Shown: positions 17,406-25,714 of the stretch, piece after piece
Layout of the letters: the number at the start of each line of letters is the position of its first letter
Position numbering within the stretch: position 1 is the first letter of the stretch
IMG/VR virus record: IMGVR_UViG_3300017748_000001
Coordinates: 1 to 64,000 of that record
Source of the DNA: a virus
DNA: 64,000 nucleotides
Strand: one strand, 5' to 3'
Notes under the pieces: generated by a model
Told to the model about the DNA's origin: nothing
The model's input: only the letters and a program-made list of their open reading frames with translations
Database searches by the model: none
Translations under genes and position numbers: made by a program

Positions 17406-19508
17406 TTATGTTGTTGCCTTGAACAGATATGCAGTTCCTGAGTAATCGTAAGAACCTTGTTGATATCCAGGCGAACCCGCAATTAAAGTCGTTCCATCAA
17501 CTGCAAAGTTATGTCTGGTGTATCCGACCAGCTGCGAGTTTGCAAAGTAATCTTGTTCTGGAGAAGTAGGACTATCTAACGACATAGTAGACATATAACT
17601 AGAAGAAAGATTTGAATTCGCACTTCCGCCAGCTGGAATGTTGTTTAAATTAAATACCGATATTTGACTATACGACCCTTCTTGTCTACCCCCCACTACA
17701 AATAACGCTTCATCGGTCATTTCAACACCATTTCCGAACTGATAAGACGATCCTCCCCAAGCGATAGGAAGATTAAAATCATTAGGAGTTAACCTTCCGC
17801 GAATAACTGGTGCTGCAGCATTATCGTCCGTAGAGTCAAACTCGTACAAATATACCACACCTCTAGCCGACTCGCCTCCTGTTTCGCTAATTGCAATCCA
17901 GTTATCGTTTATTAGAGTATTAAATCCAAAATTCCCATACCCGGCAGGAGATGTAGGATTTATTTCGTATTCTGTATTATTCACTGTGTTTTTTACCCAG
18001 GCCCGCCCAGCTTCATTTTGACCACCATAATCCGCGCCGTCTTCCCCAAAAACTACCCAGTTATTTTTTATATCCAATCCTCTTCCTAGACTACCCAAGC
18101 CAGAACCGCCTTTACTGACAAAGGTTCCAGTTAACGTCGGCGAAGATAGATTAGTGATATCTATGGTATGAATTCCTCTACTATAGCTGGTTGCTAAATA
18201 AAGAGTGTTACCATCATCAGAAAATACCATTTTCTTATTATTAGCGTATGTATCTCCAGTGTATATAAATGTACTTATTAAATTTCCAGAAGTAATATCA
18301 AAGAAATCTATATGAGATCTCCTAGTATTCGCGGAGACTCTTCTATCAGAGAGTGTGGCTACGACATTTCTTCCTTCATGTATCTGACATCTAAAAAACC
18401 CATTATTGATCCATAGATCGTCCGACGAAGCTCCAATTCCAGACGGAGATGTGAAATAAGCAGCTGCCCCCCAATCTAATGTGTGTAATAAGCTTCCCGT
18501 CATATCGTATAGATAGTGTCTGCCTCCCCGATATCCAAACTGAAAACGATCTCCACTACCAACCACAAAATAATTTTCTGATATTGCAACGGATGATCCA
18601 AATTTGTGACCATCGCTGGCGCTTGTCCAAGTCTGCCAGCCAGGATTTGGATTTATTATTTGTGTCGTATTCCAAGAAGAAAACGCAGCCCAATCTGTAG
18701 AGAATGCGAGTGTAAAACTTGATGGCGTCGTTGTTGCGACATTCACTGAGTCATTTGCGGAAAATGTTAATTCGAATGTCGCAGGAAGAACTCCGTGAGG
18801 TGTTATAGTAAAGACATTATCATTCTGTGTAACCGTAGTTCCGTTGAGTGCTCCAGAAGTAACTGCGTGTGAGAATGATACTGGATCGTTTTCTGGGTCT
18901 GTTGCAGTCAAGGTAATGACTGTCGGAGTCATGTCGGTAGCAAGAGTATATGCTGCATCGTTCCCCGATACTGTTGGAGCAGTATTGATTAATGCAACTG
19001 CATACCAACCATCTGCAGTTTTAATGTATAACTTATTATTTGATTGAACAACTGCTTGATCTCCGGCAGAAGCACCAGCGGGTAAATCACCGACTGTTGC
19101 AACAACTTGTAGTGCGGCCGCAGTAGGAGCGGTATAAGAAACTACACCGCCATTGTATGATAAATCTCCAGAAACACTTATTTGTGGTTGAACACTTTCA
19201 GCGTTTAGAAACTTATTTCCACCTTCTGTGAGGTTATCAGTATTTGCAACTGATCCCATATCCGCAGCACCAGTTCTTAATTCTTTAAGACCTTCGGACA
19301 TTTCTACTAGATCATCTACTGATGCACTAGGAATTGCTGCAGCCATTTCGGTATCGATGTCAGTTTCAACTTCTGAATCATCTGTAAGACCGACAAACCT
19401 TGCGGATTTTGCAAGTCTCCCCAAATCTCTTGGGTTAGAACCAGAAACTTGACTTCTTATACGAGTCTTCATGTTCGTTTTTGAGTTGACTAAGTTGGAA
19501 TTAGGCAT
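17406..19508 (-). CDS. Virion appendage protein, class X copy 1
   Basis: Start at ATG 19508 (MPNSNL), matching paralog 33382-35634 over ~270 aa; propeller-like C-terminus. Confidence 0.7.
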   Translation of the reverse strand: MPNSNLVNSKTNMKTRIRSQVSGSNPRDLGRLAKSARFVGLTDDSEVETDIDTEMAAAIPSASVDDLVEMSEGLKELRTGAADMGSVANTDNLTEGGNKFLNAESVQPQISVSGDLSYNGGVVSYTAPTAAALQVVATVGDLPAGASAGDQAVVQSNNKLYIKTADGWYAVALINTAPTVSGNDAAYTLATDMTPTVITLTATDPENDPVSFSHAVTSGALNGTTVTQNDNVFTITPHGVLPATFELTFSANDSVNVATTTPSSFTLAFSTDWAAFSSWNTTQIINPNPGWQTWTSASDGHKFGSSVAISENYFVVGSGDRFQFGYRGGRHYLYDMTGSLLHTLDWGAAAYFTSPSGIGASSDDLWINNGFFRCQIHEGRNVVATLSDRRVSANTRRSHIDFFDITSGNLISTFIYTGDTYANNKKMVFSDDGNTLYLATSYSRGIHTIDITNLSSPTLTGTFVSKGGSGLGSLGRGLDIKNNWVVFGEDGADYGGQNEAGRAWVKNTVNNTEYEINPTSPAGYGNFGFNTLINDNWIAISETGGESARGVVYLYEFDSTDDNAAAPVIRGRLTPNDFNLPIAWGGSSYQFGNGVEMTDEALFVVGGRQEGSYSQISVFNLNNIPAGGSANSNLSSSYMSTMSLDSPTSPEQDYFANSQLVGYTRHNFAVDGTTLIAGSPGYQQGSYDYSGTAYLFKATT

Positions 19509-19543
19509 GGATTTTCTCTCTCCAGTATAAAATGATTTTCTTA

Positions 19544-19551
19544 TATTTATA
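19544..19551 (-). promoter_or_regulatory. Late promoter for the X-Y-Z cassette
   Basis: TATAAATA upstream of ATG 19508. Confidence 0.8.
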
Positions 19552-19572
19552 AAAAAAGTATTTGAGTTTTCC

Positions 19573-19599
19573 AAAAAGGAAGGGGGCGATGCCCCCTTC
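19573..19599 (-). terminator. Intrinsic terminator
   Basis: GAAGGGGGC-ATC-GCCCCCTTC then CTTTTT. Confidence 0.8.
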
Positions 19600-19665
19600 T
19601 ATCACATTTTTATGAAGAATTGCTCTTCAATAATTTAAATAAGAATGGAAGTCGTTTAACGACCA
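19573..19665 (-). ncRNA. Candidate late small RNA (~90 nt)
   Basis: Bounded by TATAAATA (19676-19669) and the terminator; no ORF; two internal hairpins. Confidence 0.4.
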
Positions 19666-19668
19666 AAC

Positions 19669-19676
19669 TATTTATA
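19669..19676 (-). promoter_or_regulatory. Late promoter downstream of the gp23 terminator
   Basis: TATAAATA. Confidence 0.75.
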
Positions 19677-19685
19677 ATCACCCAC

Positions 19686-19714
19686 AAAAAAAGGGACTCG
19701 AAAGTCCCTTTTTT
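19686..19714 (-). terminator. gp23 intrinsic terminator (potentially bidirectional)
   Basis: AAAAAAGGGACT-TTCG-AGTCCCTTTTTTT. Confidence 0.9.
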
Positions 19715-19737
19715 CTTTTTAGATTTTAAGTAATCGA

Positions 19738-21099
19738 TTAACCGATTGCTGTCAATCCTGATACCGCAACCTTCCTGTAGTATTGGTTTGAACCAGAACT
19801 CATTGAGGCAAATGGGTTTGCAACAATTCCGTATCGGGTCTTGAATCCAATCTTAGGTTGGAAAGTATTTTCGCCGACTGCGCGAACCATTTGTAATGGG
19901 ACGTATGGGCAGTAGAAAATACCAGCATCATAAGGTGAAGATCCCTTATAACCTACAACCAACAACTCATATCCAGAAGTTGATGTGAAGTAAGGATCAA
20001 TATAAACTCTCATTCTTCCGTTAAGAACACCGGCAAAAGTTTGACCTGTGTCATCAACTGAAAGATTAGTTTGTAGTGCGGGGTTGTAATCTAGTACACC
20101 TGACATGGCGAGAGCAGAGGCAACGTCCGAAGAACAGATAACCAAGTTACCTTTTCCTCTACGAGTTTCTTTAGCAATTGCGTTTGCTTCTCTTTCGATC
20201 TGGTAAAGAAGACCTTTATACTTCTCTACTGACCAACGACCATCTGCGTCAGCATCTAGATCAAAAACACCCTTCGTAGTTACACCAGCTTGTGCGCCAG
20301 GCTTTGCAACTGCGTATACTGTTCTCAGAACTTCTCTGTTGATTTCAGCAGTGATTTCTGAAGAAAGAATGTTTGATAATTCGCTTTCAGCGTCTAGACC
20401 GTGAACTGCCTTCAGATCTTGTGCCAATTCCATAGTGTATTCTGCTTTCAGTGCTCTTGATTGCGCTGTGACAGATACTCTATCGATAGAGAATGACATT
20501 TGATTGAAGTGGCCGCCCGTACCCATTCCAGATACAGAACCGTCTCCTAATGCTTCTGCCTTAGCAGTAGCAGCAGATCCGCCCGTTGTGTAGTCACCAG
20601 CAGAATAGTCTAGTTCGGCTGAAGCGCCAGAACCAGAAACTGCAGCACCACTGAATGGGTCAGTTCCTGCATGGGCAGGACTTGAGGCACCAGAGAAAGC
20701 AGTATCTGCTTCGCCGTAAAGTGCTTCACCGGCTTGATCGCCGTATTGTGATTTCATTGCAAAAATGAGACCTGTTGGGCCGCTCATAGGTTGAACACCT
20801 AGAACATCATAGGCCATCAGGTTAGGCATAGAACGTCTGATCAATGAAATCAGTACAGGATCCATACCCTTAATGTTACCTTCGCCACCGACAACTGGAG
20901 ACATACCGCCACCAACTGCATTTATCGGCCCTTCAGTCAACATTGAGGCTTCTTCTCTTGCAATACTTTCTTGGTTTTCAAGAAGCATAGCGGTTACCGC
21001 TCTCTTATAAGAATCTTCGATCTTGGGTAGATCGGGATGCTCGATTACTGGCTTCCACTTCTCTTGAAGTTGCTCTGACAAATGCATTTCTGTATACAT
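19738..21099 (-). CDS. 23: Major capsid protein (T4 gp23)
   Basis: DPVLISLIRRSMPNLMAYDVLGVQPMSGPTGLIFAM, SRALKAEY, CPYVPL, FQPKIGFKTRYG. Confidence 0.98.
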   Translation of the reverse strand: MYTEMHLSEQLQEKWKPVIEHPDLPKIEDSYKRAVTAMLLENQESIAREEASMLTEGPINAVGGGMSPVVGGEGNIKGMDPVLISLIRRSMPNLMAYDVLGVQPMSGPTGLIFAMKSQYGDQAGEALYGEADTAFSGASSPAHAGTDPFSGAAVSGSGASAELDYSAGDYTTGGSAATAKAEALGDGSVSGMGTGGHFNQMSFSIDRVSVTAQSRALKAEYTMELAQDLKAVHGLDAESELSNILSSEITAEINREVLRTVYAVAKPGAQAGVTTKGVFDLDADADGRWSVEKYKGLLYQIEREANAIAKETRRGKGNLVICSSDVASALAMSGVLDYNPALQTNLSVDDTGQTFAGVLNGRMRVYIDPYFTSTSGYELLVVGYKGSSPYDAGIFYCPYVPLQMVRAVGENTFQPKIGFKTRYGIVANPFASMSSGSNQYYRKVAVSGLTAIG

Positions 21100-21161
21100 C
21101 GTAGTCTCCTTTGGATTAATTCAATTAAGTTTTTGTCAAGTTTTTCTTAATTTACAGTTAT

Positions 21162-21169
21162 TATTTATA
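21162..21169 (-). promoter_or_regulatory. Late promoter for gp23
   Basis: TATAAATA. Confidence 0.85.
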
Positions 21170-21181
21170 ATATTTTGATTT

Positions 21182-22246
21182 TTACTGTTTTCTACTGAAC
21201 CTTGAGATTGCTCTTGCGTAGTTTTCCATTACTGGGTTCATAGTTTCTTTGGCAGCTTGTTCTTCCAGAACCGCCGGAGAATCTTCAACCGCAGTGACTT
21301 CTTCTTCGCCATCTACAATTTCACTAGAAACAGTCTCTTCACTTGGAAAATAATTTTCCTTAATGACTTTAACCTTTTCAGCAAAATCTTCAGTAGAAGT
21401 AAATTCTATACCTTCAGACAAAGAACGAATCTTATCAGCCTGTTGGATAGTCATACCTTCCACGACATCCCTAATGATTCCATCTTTCTGAACTAATTCA
21501 ACTTCTTTTGAAAGTTTAACATTCTTTTCGATTTCTTCATTGAGTTGTTCTTTAACTTGTTCTGCTTCTGCAACTGCTTCTGCATACAAGTCTGACTTCT
21601 CTTCTGGAACTTCGATATAGTTTTCTTCGAAAACTGTCTTCATGCCAGAAATGAAGTTTTCCATGATTTCGAGCTTAAGGGTGCTTTCAACAACAACCTT
21701 ATTCTCTTCCAACCACTCTTTTGCGACATAAGACAAATACTCATCTACCTTTTCCGCAAGTTGTGATCTAACTTCAAGAACTGACTTCTCAAAATCTTCT
21801 TCGTATTGCTGATCTATCTTTTCAACTTCTGCGTTTACTTGTTCTAGAACAGCTGCTTCGAAAATCGTGCGAGCCTTTTCTTGGAAATCTTCGGACAATT
21901 CATGTCCAGACAACATTGCATCAATGTGTTCTGATACATCAATATCTTCTTTCTTGACCTTCTTCTTCATCATAAAAGAATTCTTAGGTTCTTCTTCGTC
22001 TTCTTCATCGTCGGCCTCTTTCATTTTTTTCTTACCGTAGCCGCCTTCTGCCAAAGACTCTTCTTCTTCACTTTCTTCAGAAGTTTCTTCTTCGTCTAAC
22101 TCGGCAAGAATTTCTTCTACCGCTCCGTCAGCTTGTTCCTCAGAAACTTCTTGAACTAGTTCGTCTTGAGACTCTTCAGAAATTTCTTCAGACTCTACTG
22201 AATTCTCTAGTTCTTCAACTTCATTGACTTCTAGTTCATTAGCCAT
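21182..22246 (-). CDS. 22: Prohead scaffold protein (T4 gp22)
   Basis: LSEDF.EKA.TIFEAAV, YL.YV..EW..EN, M..Y; acidic N-terminus; synteny. Confidence 0.92.
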   Translation of the reverse strand: MANELEVNEVEELENSVESEEISEESQDELVQEVSEEQADGAVEEILAELDEEETSEESEEEESLAEGGYGKKKMKEADDEEDEEEPKNSFMMKKKVKKEDIDVSEHIDAMLSGHELSEDFQEKARTIFEAAVLEQVNAEVEKIDQQYEEDFEKSVLEVRSQLAEKVDEYLSYVAKEWLEENKVVVESTLKLEIMENFISGMKTVFEENYIEVPEEKSDLYAEAVAEAEQVKEQLNEEIEKNVKLSKEVELVQKDGIIRDVVEGMTIQQADKIRSLSEGIEFTSTEDFAEKVKVIKENYFPSEETVSSEIVDGEEEVTAVEDSPAVLEEQAAKETMNPVMENYARAISRFSRKQ

Positions 22247-22281
22247 CGTATTATTCTCCTAATTGAGTTGATTTTACCAAA

Positions 22282-22289
22282 TATTTATA
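22282..22289 (-). promoter_or_regulatory. Late promoter for gp22
   Basis: TATAAATA. Confidence 0.85.
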
Positions 22290-22294
22290 ATAAT

Positions 22295-22942
22295 TTAGTT
22301 TTTAGACAATTTTTCGAAGAAATCTTCAAAGAGTCCTATCTTAGTAGTTTCCATCTCTTTAGACTTTGCAGACCTAACTGCATTTCGATAACTGTCAATT
22401 TGTGCTTCGCGGATAATACCATTATCCCAAATCCATTCCTTACCTTCCATGATTCCATTTACGAATGCATCAGGAGCAGATGGATCCGCCACGATATCGG
22501 CTGCAGTCGCAAGATAAAAATCACCTTGTACTACATTGTTTCCTTCTTTCGTAGACTTCACACTTCCCATACCTCTAGAAGAAACACCAAGAGACGCACC
22601 TTCTTTGATAAGATTTGATACTATTGCACCATAAGGAGTTTCTTTCATAATCTTTGCCTTACCGACATAGTTATCGCCCTCAAGTTTGAGAGATTTAATC
22701 ATGTGGGAAACTCTTTCAAGGTTAATAGAGGGCCCATCCGGATGACCTAATTCACCGAATGCCCTGTTTTTATTAATGTAATTTTCTGTATATCTCTTGA
22801 CTTCTTTCTCAAGAACTTCTTTTGGATACACTCTGCCGTTTCGATTTTCTATATTTGACTGAAGAAAGACTCCTTCAATATAAAGGTCTTTTCCTTTTTC
22901 TTCTACAATAAGATCTTCGCAAATTTCTGTTATAAGTTTCAT
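22295..22942 (-). CDS. 21: Prohead protease (T4 gp21)
   Basis: NRNGRVYP, GELGHP, VSHMI, GVSSRGMGS, DIVADPSAPDAFV. Confidence 0.95.
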   Translation of the reverse strand: MKLITEICEDLIVEEKGKDLYIEGVFLQSNIENRNGRVYPKEVLEKEVKRYTENYINKNRAFGELGHPDGPSINLERVSHMIKSLKLEGDNYVGKAKIMKETPYGAIVSNLIKEGASLGVSSRGMGSVKSTKEGNNVVQGDFYLATAADIVADPSAPDAFVNGIMEGKEWIWDNGIIREAQIDSYRNAVRSAKSKEMETTKIGLFEDFFEKLSKN

Positions 22943-22944
22943 GT

Positions 22945-23214
22945 CTATGTTCCTGTACGTTTGGCCATTGACCTTGCTCTGCGAGTATTAGAAATAGCAA
23001 CTTTGCCCTTTCTCTTTCGAGCAGACTTTTTATTCCTCAAACTCATTTTGACTTTATCTGAAGCAGAAATTTTAATTTCTCTTTTATTGCCATCAACTTT
23101 GTAACCAGCCCGGTCAGATTTAAACTTAATTTTACGTTTGCCACCACGGATAACAACTTTACGTTTTACCGCTTCGTCTAAATCATCTTCTAGAAATTGT
23201 GAAAAAGTCTTCAT
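22945..23214 (-). CDS. 68: Prohead core protein (gp68-like)
   Basis: Very basic small protein between gp67 and gp21; ATG start at 23214. Confidence 0.65.
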   Translation of the reverse strand: MKTFSQFLEDDLDEAVKRKVVIRGGKRKIKFKSDRAGYKVDGNKREIKISASDKVKMSLRNKKSARKRKGKVAISNTRRARSMAKRTGT

Positions 23215-23225
23215 AGTCAATCCTA

Positions 23226-23495
23226 TTATTCGGTTTCTGCAACCTCGGCTTCACCTTCGGGTTCTTCAACTTCCGCAGAAATTTCTTCGGTATCTTCTAC
23301 CTCGACCTCTGGTTCGCCTTGAAACAAAGTCGCAGCAAATTCTTGTTTATGACCTTCGATTTCATCGGCCATATTTTGACTCAGGATACCTTTTATCGCA
23401 TTCTGAGCATCTGCTAACTCGCCACTAACAATGTCATCGACAATATTGGCGGTTGCTTCCAAGTTACTATTTATATTTTCTTCGTTGTCACTCAT
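23226..23495 (-). CDS. 67: Prohead core protein (gp67-like)
   Basis: Small acidic protein directly after the portal gene; synteny. Confidence 0.6.
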   Translation of the reverse strand: MSDNEENINSNLEATANIVDDIVSGELADAQNAIKGILSQNMADEIEGHKQEFAATLFQGEPEVEVEDTEEISAEVEEPEGEAEVAETE

Positions 23496-23506
23496 TTTTT
23501 AGACTC

Positions 23507-25057
23507 CTATATGAGATTTTGTTCATTATCTTGTTGTCCCTCTTCGCCACCTTCATCTTCTGGTGGCTGGTCTTGAGGTTCGTCACTTTCCAACTCTTTC
23601 TTAATTTGACTGTCCATCTGTTTGATTTCTGAAGTAGTCATCTTAAGAATATTTCTTCTCACCCATTCATTAGAATAGTACTTGCCGATGTAGTCTTGCA
23701 TCTCTGCGACTAACGCAATTCTATCTCTAATCATTTCGGAATTCTTAATTTCTGTATAATATGAATCCTGAGTAAAGTCAAATATAATATCCTGACTCAT
23801 CTCTTTCCATTCGTCTACACTGATAAATCCTTTTAGTATAAGTTGCTTCTTCAATAGATCGGTAAATAGATCTGAAAATTTATCTCGTAGTCGTATGATA
23901 AATCTGTTGAATTTATATTCGTCTCTGGATATCTCTTGAGCTCTTCCCAACTGCATGGTGTTCTCTGGTTCTAATCTTGAGATAGGAACATTCAGAGATT
24001 TGTATAATTTCTTGAGGAAGTAATTGACATCATCCATCTCGCCTAGGTTTGTACCACCGGGCAATGTTTCAATCTCAGTTCCTCGACCACCTTCTCTGCG
24101 AGGAAACCAGTAATCCTCTAACATTGATAGATGTTTTCTATCGTCTCTGACTTCACCAGTAGTTCCATCGTAGACAATCTTGTTCTTGTGTTTGGTCATT
24201 ATTTCAGAAAGGTATTGTTCTGCTTTCTGTTTCGGCAAGTTACCAACATCAATATAGAACACTCTTCTTTCTGGTGCTCTTGTCCATCTGTAAATAACAA
24301 CGGAGTCTTCCACCAGTTTCAATTGATTGAGAGGTTTGATTGCTTTATGAAGATGACTTACGACATAGTTTCTGCGACCATCTTTAAGTCCTGATGTGAC
24401 ATGACAAATAGAATCGATAGTAATTGGAAGTCCGGAAACGCCCTCAGCATTTACAATTCCTTTTTGATTGTAAACATAATATTCTTCTTGGTTAGAAACT
24501 AACCCTGCAGTATTTACGGGATCTTGCGCTGAAACTTTGTCTTTCTTGACTTGTTTTACTTTTTTAATTTTACGAGGATCGATATTGCGAAGTTCTCTGA
24601 TGCCTTCTTTTGGCTTAGATTCATTGATGATGATATGATAGAATATTCTTCCGTCAACATACCAATTGCGGAAAATATCATAACCTCTTTCTTTGAACTT
24701 AAGAAGTTTTAGAATATTATTAAATTCCTCTTCAATAGTTTTTCGAAGAGAAGCACTCTTGATGTTCTTTGTGTGAATTTTGACAGGATATTCGATAGTG
24801 TCGTGGACTATCGCTTCGGATGTGATATCGTCAACGGCAATCTCCACTTCTGGATGCATCACCATTTCACGATATTTGTTTATAAGTTCTGAGTCCGACT
24901 TAGCATTATTTTCCAATTCTAAGTAGGTTCCGGAGAACCCACTCTGAATTGTTAATGCACCGTCATCGGTTTGATCTTCTCTAGGGACAAAGGAACGAAC
25001 AGGTTTGTTGTCCTCCGAATTCCTAGATATATTGAAACCAAAAAGTTTAATCGCCAT
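23507..25057 (-). CDS. 20: Portal protein (T4 gp20)
   Basis: WYVDGR, RAPERRVFYIDVGNLPK.KAEQY, EDYW.PRREGGRGTEI.TLPGG. Confidence 0.97.
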   Translation of the reverse strand: MAIKLFGFNISRNSEDNKPVRSFVPREDQTDDGALTIQSGFSGTYLELENNAKSDSELINKYREMVMHPEVEIAVDDITSEAIVHDTIEYPVKIHTKNIKSASLRKTIEEEFNNILKLLKFKERGYDIFRNWYVDGRIFYHIIINESKPKEGIRELRNIDPRKIKKVKQVKKDKVSAQDPVNTAGLVSNQEEYYVYNQKGIVNAEGVSGLPITIDSICHVTSGLKDGRRNYVVSHLHKAIKPLNQLKLVEDSVVIYRWTRAPERRVFYIDVGNLPKQKAEQYLSEIMTKHKNKIVYDGTTGEVRDDRKHLSMLEDYWFPRREGGRGTEIETLPGGTNLGEMDDVNYFLKKLYKSLNVPISRLEPENTMQLGRAQEISRDEYKFNRFIIRLRDKFSDLFTDLLKKQLILKGFISVDEWKEMSQDIIFDFTQDSYYTEIKNSEMIRDRIALVAEMQDYIGKYYSNEWVRRNILKMTTSEIKQMDSQIKKELESDEPQDQPPEDEGGEEGQQDNEQNLI

Positions 25058-25072
25058 TTAACATCACCTTTA

Positions 25073-25115
25073 AATCTACACAACTATTTATAATGAAAAA
25101 ATAGTTGTATAGATT
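25073..25115 (-). other. 17-bp inverted repeat / RNA hairpin between gp19 and gp20
   Basis: Arms 25073-25089 and 25099-25115 pair fully on the minus-strand RNA with one G-U pair. Confidence 0.6.
25085..25092 (-). promoter_or_regulatory. Late promoter for gp20
   Basis: TATAAATA. Confidence 0.8.
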
Positions 25116-25124
25116 GGGGAAATA

Positions 25125-25676
25125 TTAGATGCTTACGCTGACCTGTAGGCCTCCTGCTGCTTCTTCATGCAACCAGAAGTCATATGCAAATGTGCAAGTA
25201 AACTCTTCGATCTGGTCATTAGAATCCCAAGCAAGTTCTACTGCACCAAGTTCTGTTGGGAAAATACCAACAAACTTATATGTCGCAATAACTGCGCCGT
25301 CTTTTCCATAATGAACGACTTTAGAATCTCTGTTCTTGTAAGTTGTTTGATTGTTAAACTGCAAGTTTGATGCGTGGTCGTTGATACCGCCCATCCAGTT
25401 TTCCAATGAAGTTCTTACTGAGAAATCTTCGTCATTAAGAATTGTAACAGTCCAAGGTTCGAATGTCCTATTTCCGGCAAGTCTTACTTGTCTACCGAAA
25501 TAAGGAACATCGATTGCAGGAATAGTTGAAGCCGGCAACTGAGCAGCTCTACAATGAAAACGGAATACGTTATCCGCAGAACCGTCAATTGGGTTTCCAA
25601 CTTCCACTTCGAATAGGTTAGGTCTTGCCCCACCGTTTCTCAGATTTGATTTGAATGATGCGATATCAAACGCCAT
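25125..25676 (-). CDS. 19: Tail tube protein (T4 gp19)
   Basis: GGARPNLFEV, YFGRQVRLAGNRTFEPWTVTILNDEDF, G.FPT. Confidence 0.96.
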   Translation of the reverse strand: MAFDIASFKSNLRNGGARPNLFEVEVGNPIDGSADNVFRFHCRAAQLPASTIPAIDVPYFGRQVRLAGNRTFEPWTVTILNDEDFSVRTSLENWMGGINDHASNLQFNNQTTYKNRDSKVVHYGKDGAVIATYKFVGIFPTELGAVELAWDSNDQIEEFTCTFAYDFWLHEEAAGGLQVSVSI

Positions 25677-25699
25677 TGTTTTCTCCTAAATTTTAACTA

Positions 25700-25707
25700 T
25701 ATTTATA
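25700..25707 (-). promoter_or_regulatory. Late promoter for gp19
   Basis: TATAAATA. Confidence 0.85.
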
Positions 25708-25714
25708 ACGATTA

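Noticed and set aside
21134-21139. TTGACA in the gp23 leader as an early promoter
   Set aside because: No acceptable -10 hexamer at 16-18 nt spacing; the TATAAATA at 21162-21169 explains expression
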